Made by a program: the position numbers and the translations under genes | The notes under the pieces: model-generated | What the model saw: the letters and a program-made list of their open reading frames with translations, nothing else | The model's database searches: none | Told to the model about the DNA's origin: nothing | IMG/VR virus record: IMGVR_UViG_3300047160_018755 | Coordinates: 96,001 to 160,000 of that record | Reading direction: 5' to 3' (one strand) | DNA: 64,000 nucleotides | DNA from: a virus | Shown: positions 63,021 to 64,000 of the stretch, in pieces | How positions within the stretch are numbered: the first letter of the stretch is position 1 | Layout of the letters: the number at the start of each line of letters is the position of its first letter

Positions 63021-63300
63021 CTACAACTTCGTCTGCAAGCTCCACAAGGCCCTCGTCAAGGTCACCAGGATCTCGAAGAAGCCGTGGGCTCAGCTCACCA
63101 CCGACGAGAAAGAGCTGCTGGCCACGTGCCCCAACGAGGACAAGGGACTGGCGCGTGTCTCCCACACGATGGAGCGTGACCCGAGCGGTCCCTCCGCGCT
63201 CGTGAAGGAGACGCTCGACAACGGCGCCATGACCACCAAGATCGAACGCCTCAAGGACGCCGAGCAGCTCTACAAAGATCGAGCCAAGAAGAACGGATGA
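63013..63300 (+). CDS. FmdB-like zinc-ribbon-type small protein
   Basis: MPSYNFVC..H...TCP. Confidence 0.55.
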   Translation: MPSYNFVCKLHKALVKVTRISKKPWAQLTTDEKELLATCPNEDKGLARVSHTMERDPSGPSALVKETLDNGAMTTKIERLKDAEQLYKDRAKKNG

Positions 63301-64000
63301 AACCGCCACGGATCATCTCCCTCGCTGGAACCGCCTTCGGTTCCTTCGCGTCACCGTTCCAGGTGAAGTTCCCGGAGTCGGGGCTTCTGCTGCTGCGTGG
63401 CGAGAACCTCGACACCAAGGGTTCGTCGGCGTCGGGCAAGAGCACCTTCCTGCACGCGTTCAACTTCCCCCTCGGGACCTGCCCCGTGCCGCTCACCGAG
63501 CTTCAGAGCTGGTACACGAAGGACACGCCGAAGGTCGTCGCCACGTACGACGTGGATGGGAAGATCGTGGAGATCTCGCGCGGCAAGCGCTTCGAGCTGA
63601 GCATCGACGGCGTGGCCCAGCACGGCTCCGCGGCCCAGAAGGAAGAGAAGATCAACGAGCTGTTTGGCACGGACGCGGAGATGCGTCTCGCGCTCACCTA
63701 CCGTGCCCAGCGCAAGCCCGGCCTCTTCCTAAACAAGACCGACAAGAAGCAGAAGGAGTTCCTGACCAAGCTCCTGCGCCTCGACCGATGGGACGAGGAA
63801 CAGAAGAAGGCGCTCCTGAAGGTTCACGAGCTGGAAGACAAACTGGACATCGAGACTGCTCGGTTCGGTGACCTCATCGCGCGTCTCGAAACTCTCACTG
63901 CCCAGGGCGACGGCCTCGAAGCCGAAGCGAGTCTCGACGCGGTCACCAAGCAGATCCAGGACCACGAGGCGGCCCAGCGCAAGTACGAGAAGGTCATCAA
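63297..64000 (+). CDS. SbcC/Rad50-like ATPase, partial (runs off window end)
   Basis: AFGSF...LLLLRGEN...SASGKST Walker A, then coiled coil; read by hand. Confidence 0.88.
   Translation, partial: MKPPRIISLAGTAFGSFASPFQVKFPESGLLLLRGENLDTKGSSASGKSTFLHAFNFPLGTCPVPLTELQSWYTKDTPKVVATYDVDGKIVEISRGKRFELSIDGVAQHGSAAQKEEKINELFGTDAEMRLALTYRAQRKPGLFLNKTDKKQKEFLTKLLRLDRWDEEQKKALLKVHELEDKLDIETARFGDLIARLETLTAQGDGLEAEASLDAVTKQIQDHEAAQRKYEKVI

Noticed and set aside
1-64000. CRISPR array, integrase, rRNA, self-splicing introns or inteins
   Set aside because: No regularly spaced repeats and no recombinase motifs were seen; terminase, helicases, ligase, RtcB and ThyX have normal lengths with no visible insertions

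Overview
A 64-kb segment of a large, GC-rich tailed phage with a contractile tail. The virion module resembles SPO1/Twort-like (Herelleviridae-type) phages: terminase, portal, MuF, prohead protease, scaffold, major capsid, neck, sheath and tube, all on the minus strand. The window also carries replication and accessory genes (DnaB, a replication-initiator-like protein, an SF2 helicase, SbcCD-like nuclease subunits, ATP-dependent DNA ligase, dNMP kinase, ThyX, a sigma factor, GroEL and a GroES-like protein) and a translation-rescue region (RtcB, tmRNA, 15 tRNAs). The strongest signal is a set of nucleotide-signalling domains embedded in head-region proteins. An intact GGDEF domain is fused to the C-terminus of the prohead protease. 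A protein among the neck genes starts with an mCpol (minimal Cas10-like cyclase) domain. A 1055-aa protein joins Nudix, ParB-like, helical-repeat and PI3K/HipA-like kinase domains. These domains are bounded by L-x-K-[S/A] motifs like the known maturation site of Twort-like capsid proteins, suggesting a protease-released, virion-packaged signalling toolkit (inference). Two phage promoter-like motifs recur: GATTCGATAG (12 exact copies) and AATCT[T/A/C], which lies exactly 6 nt before at least 10 start codons. All family assignments come from motif recognition by eye; no database search was run.
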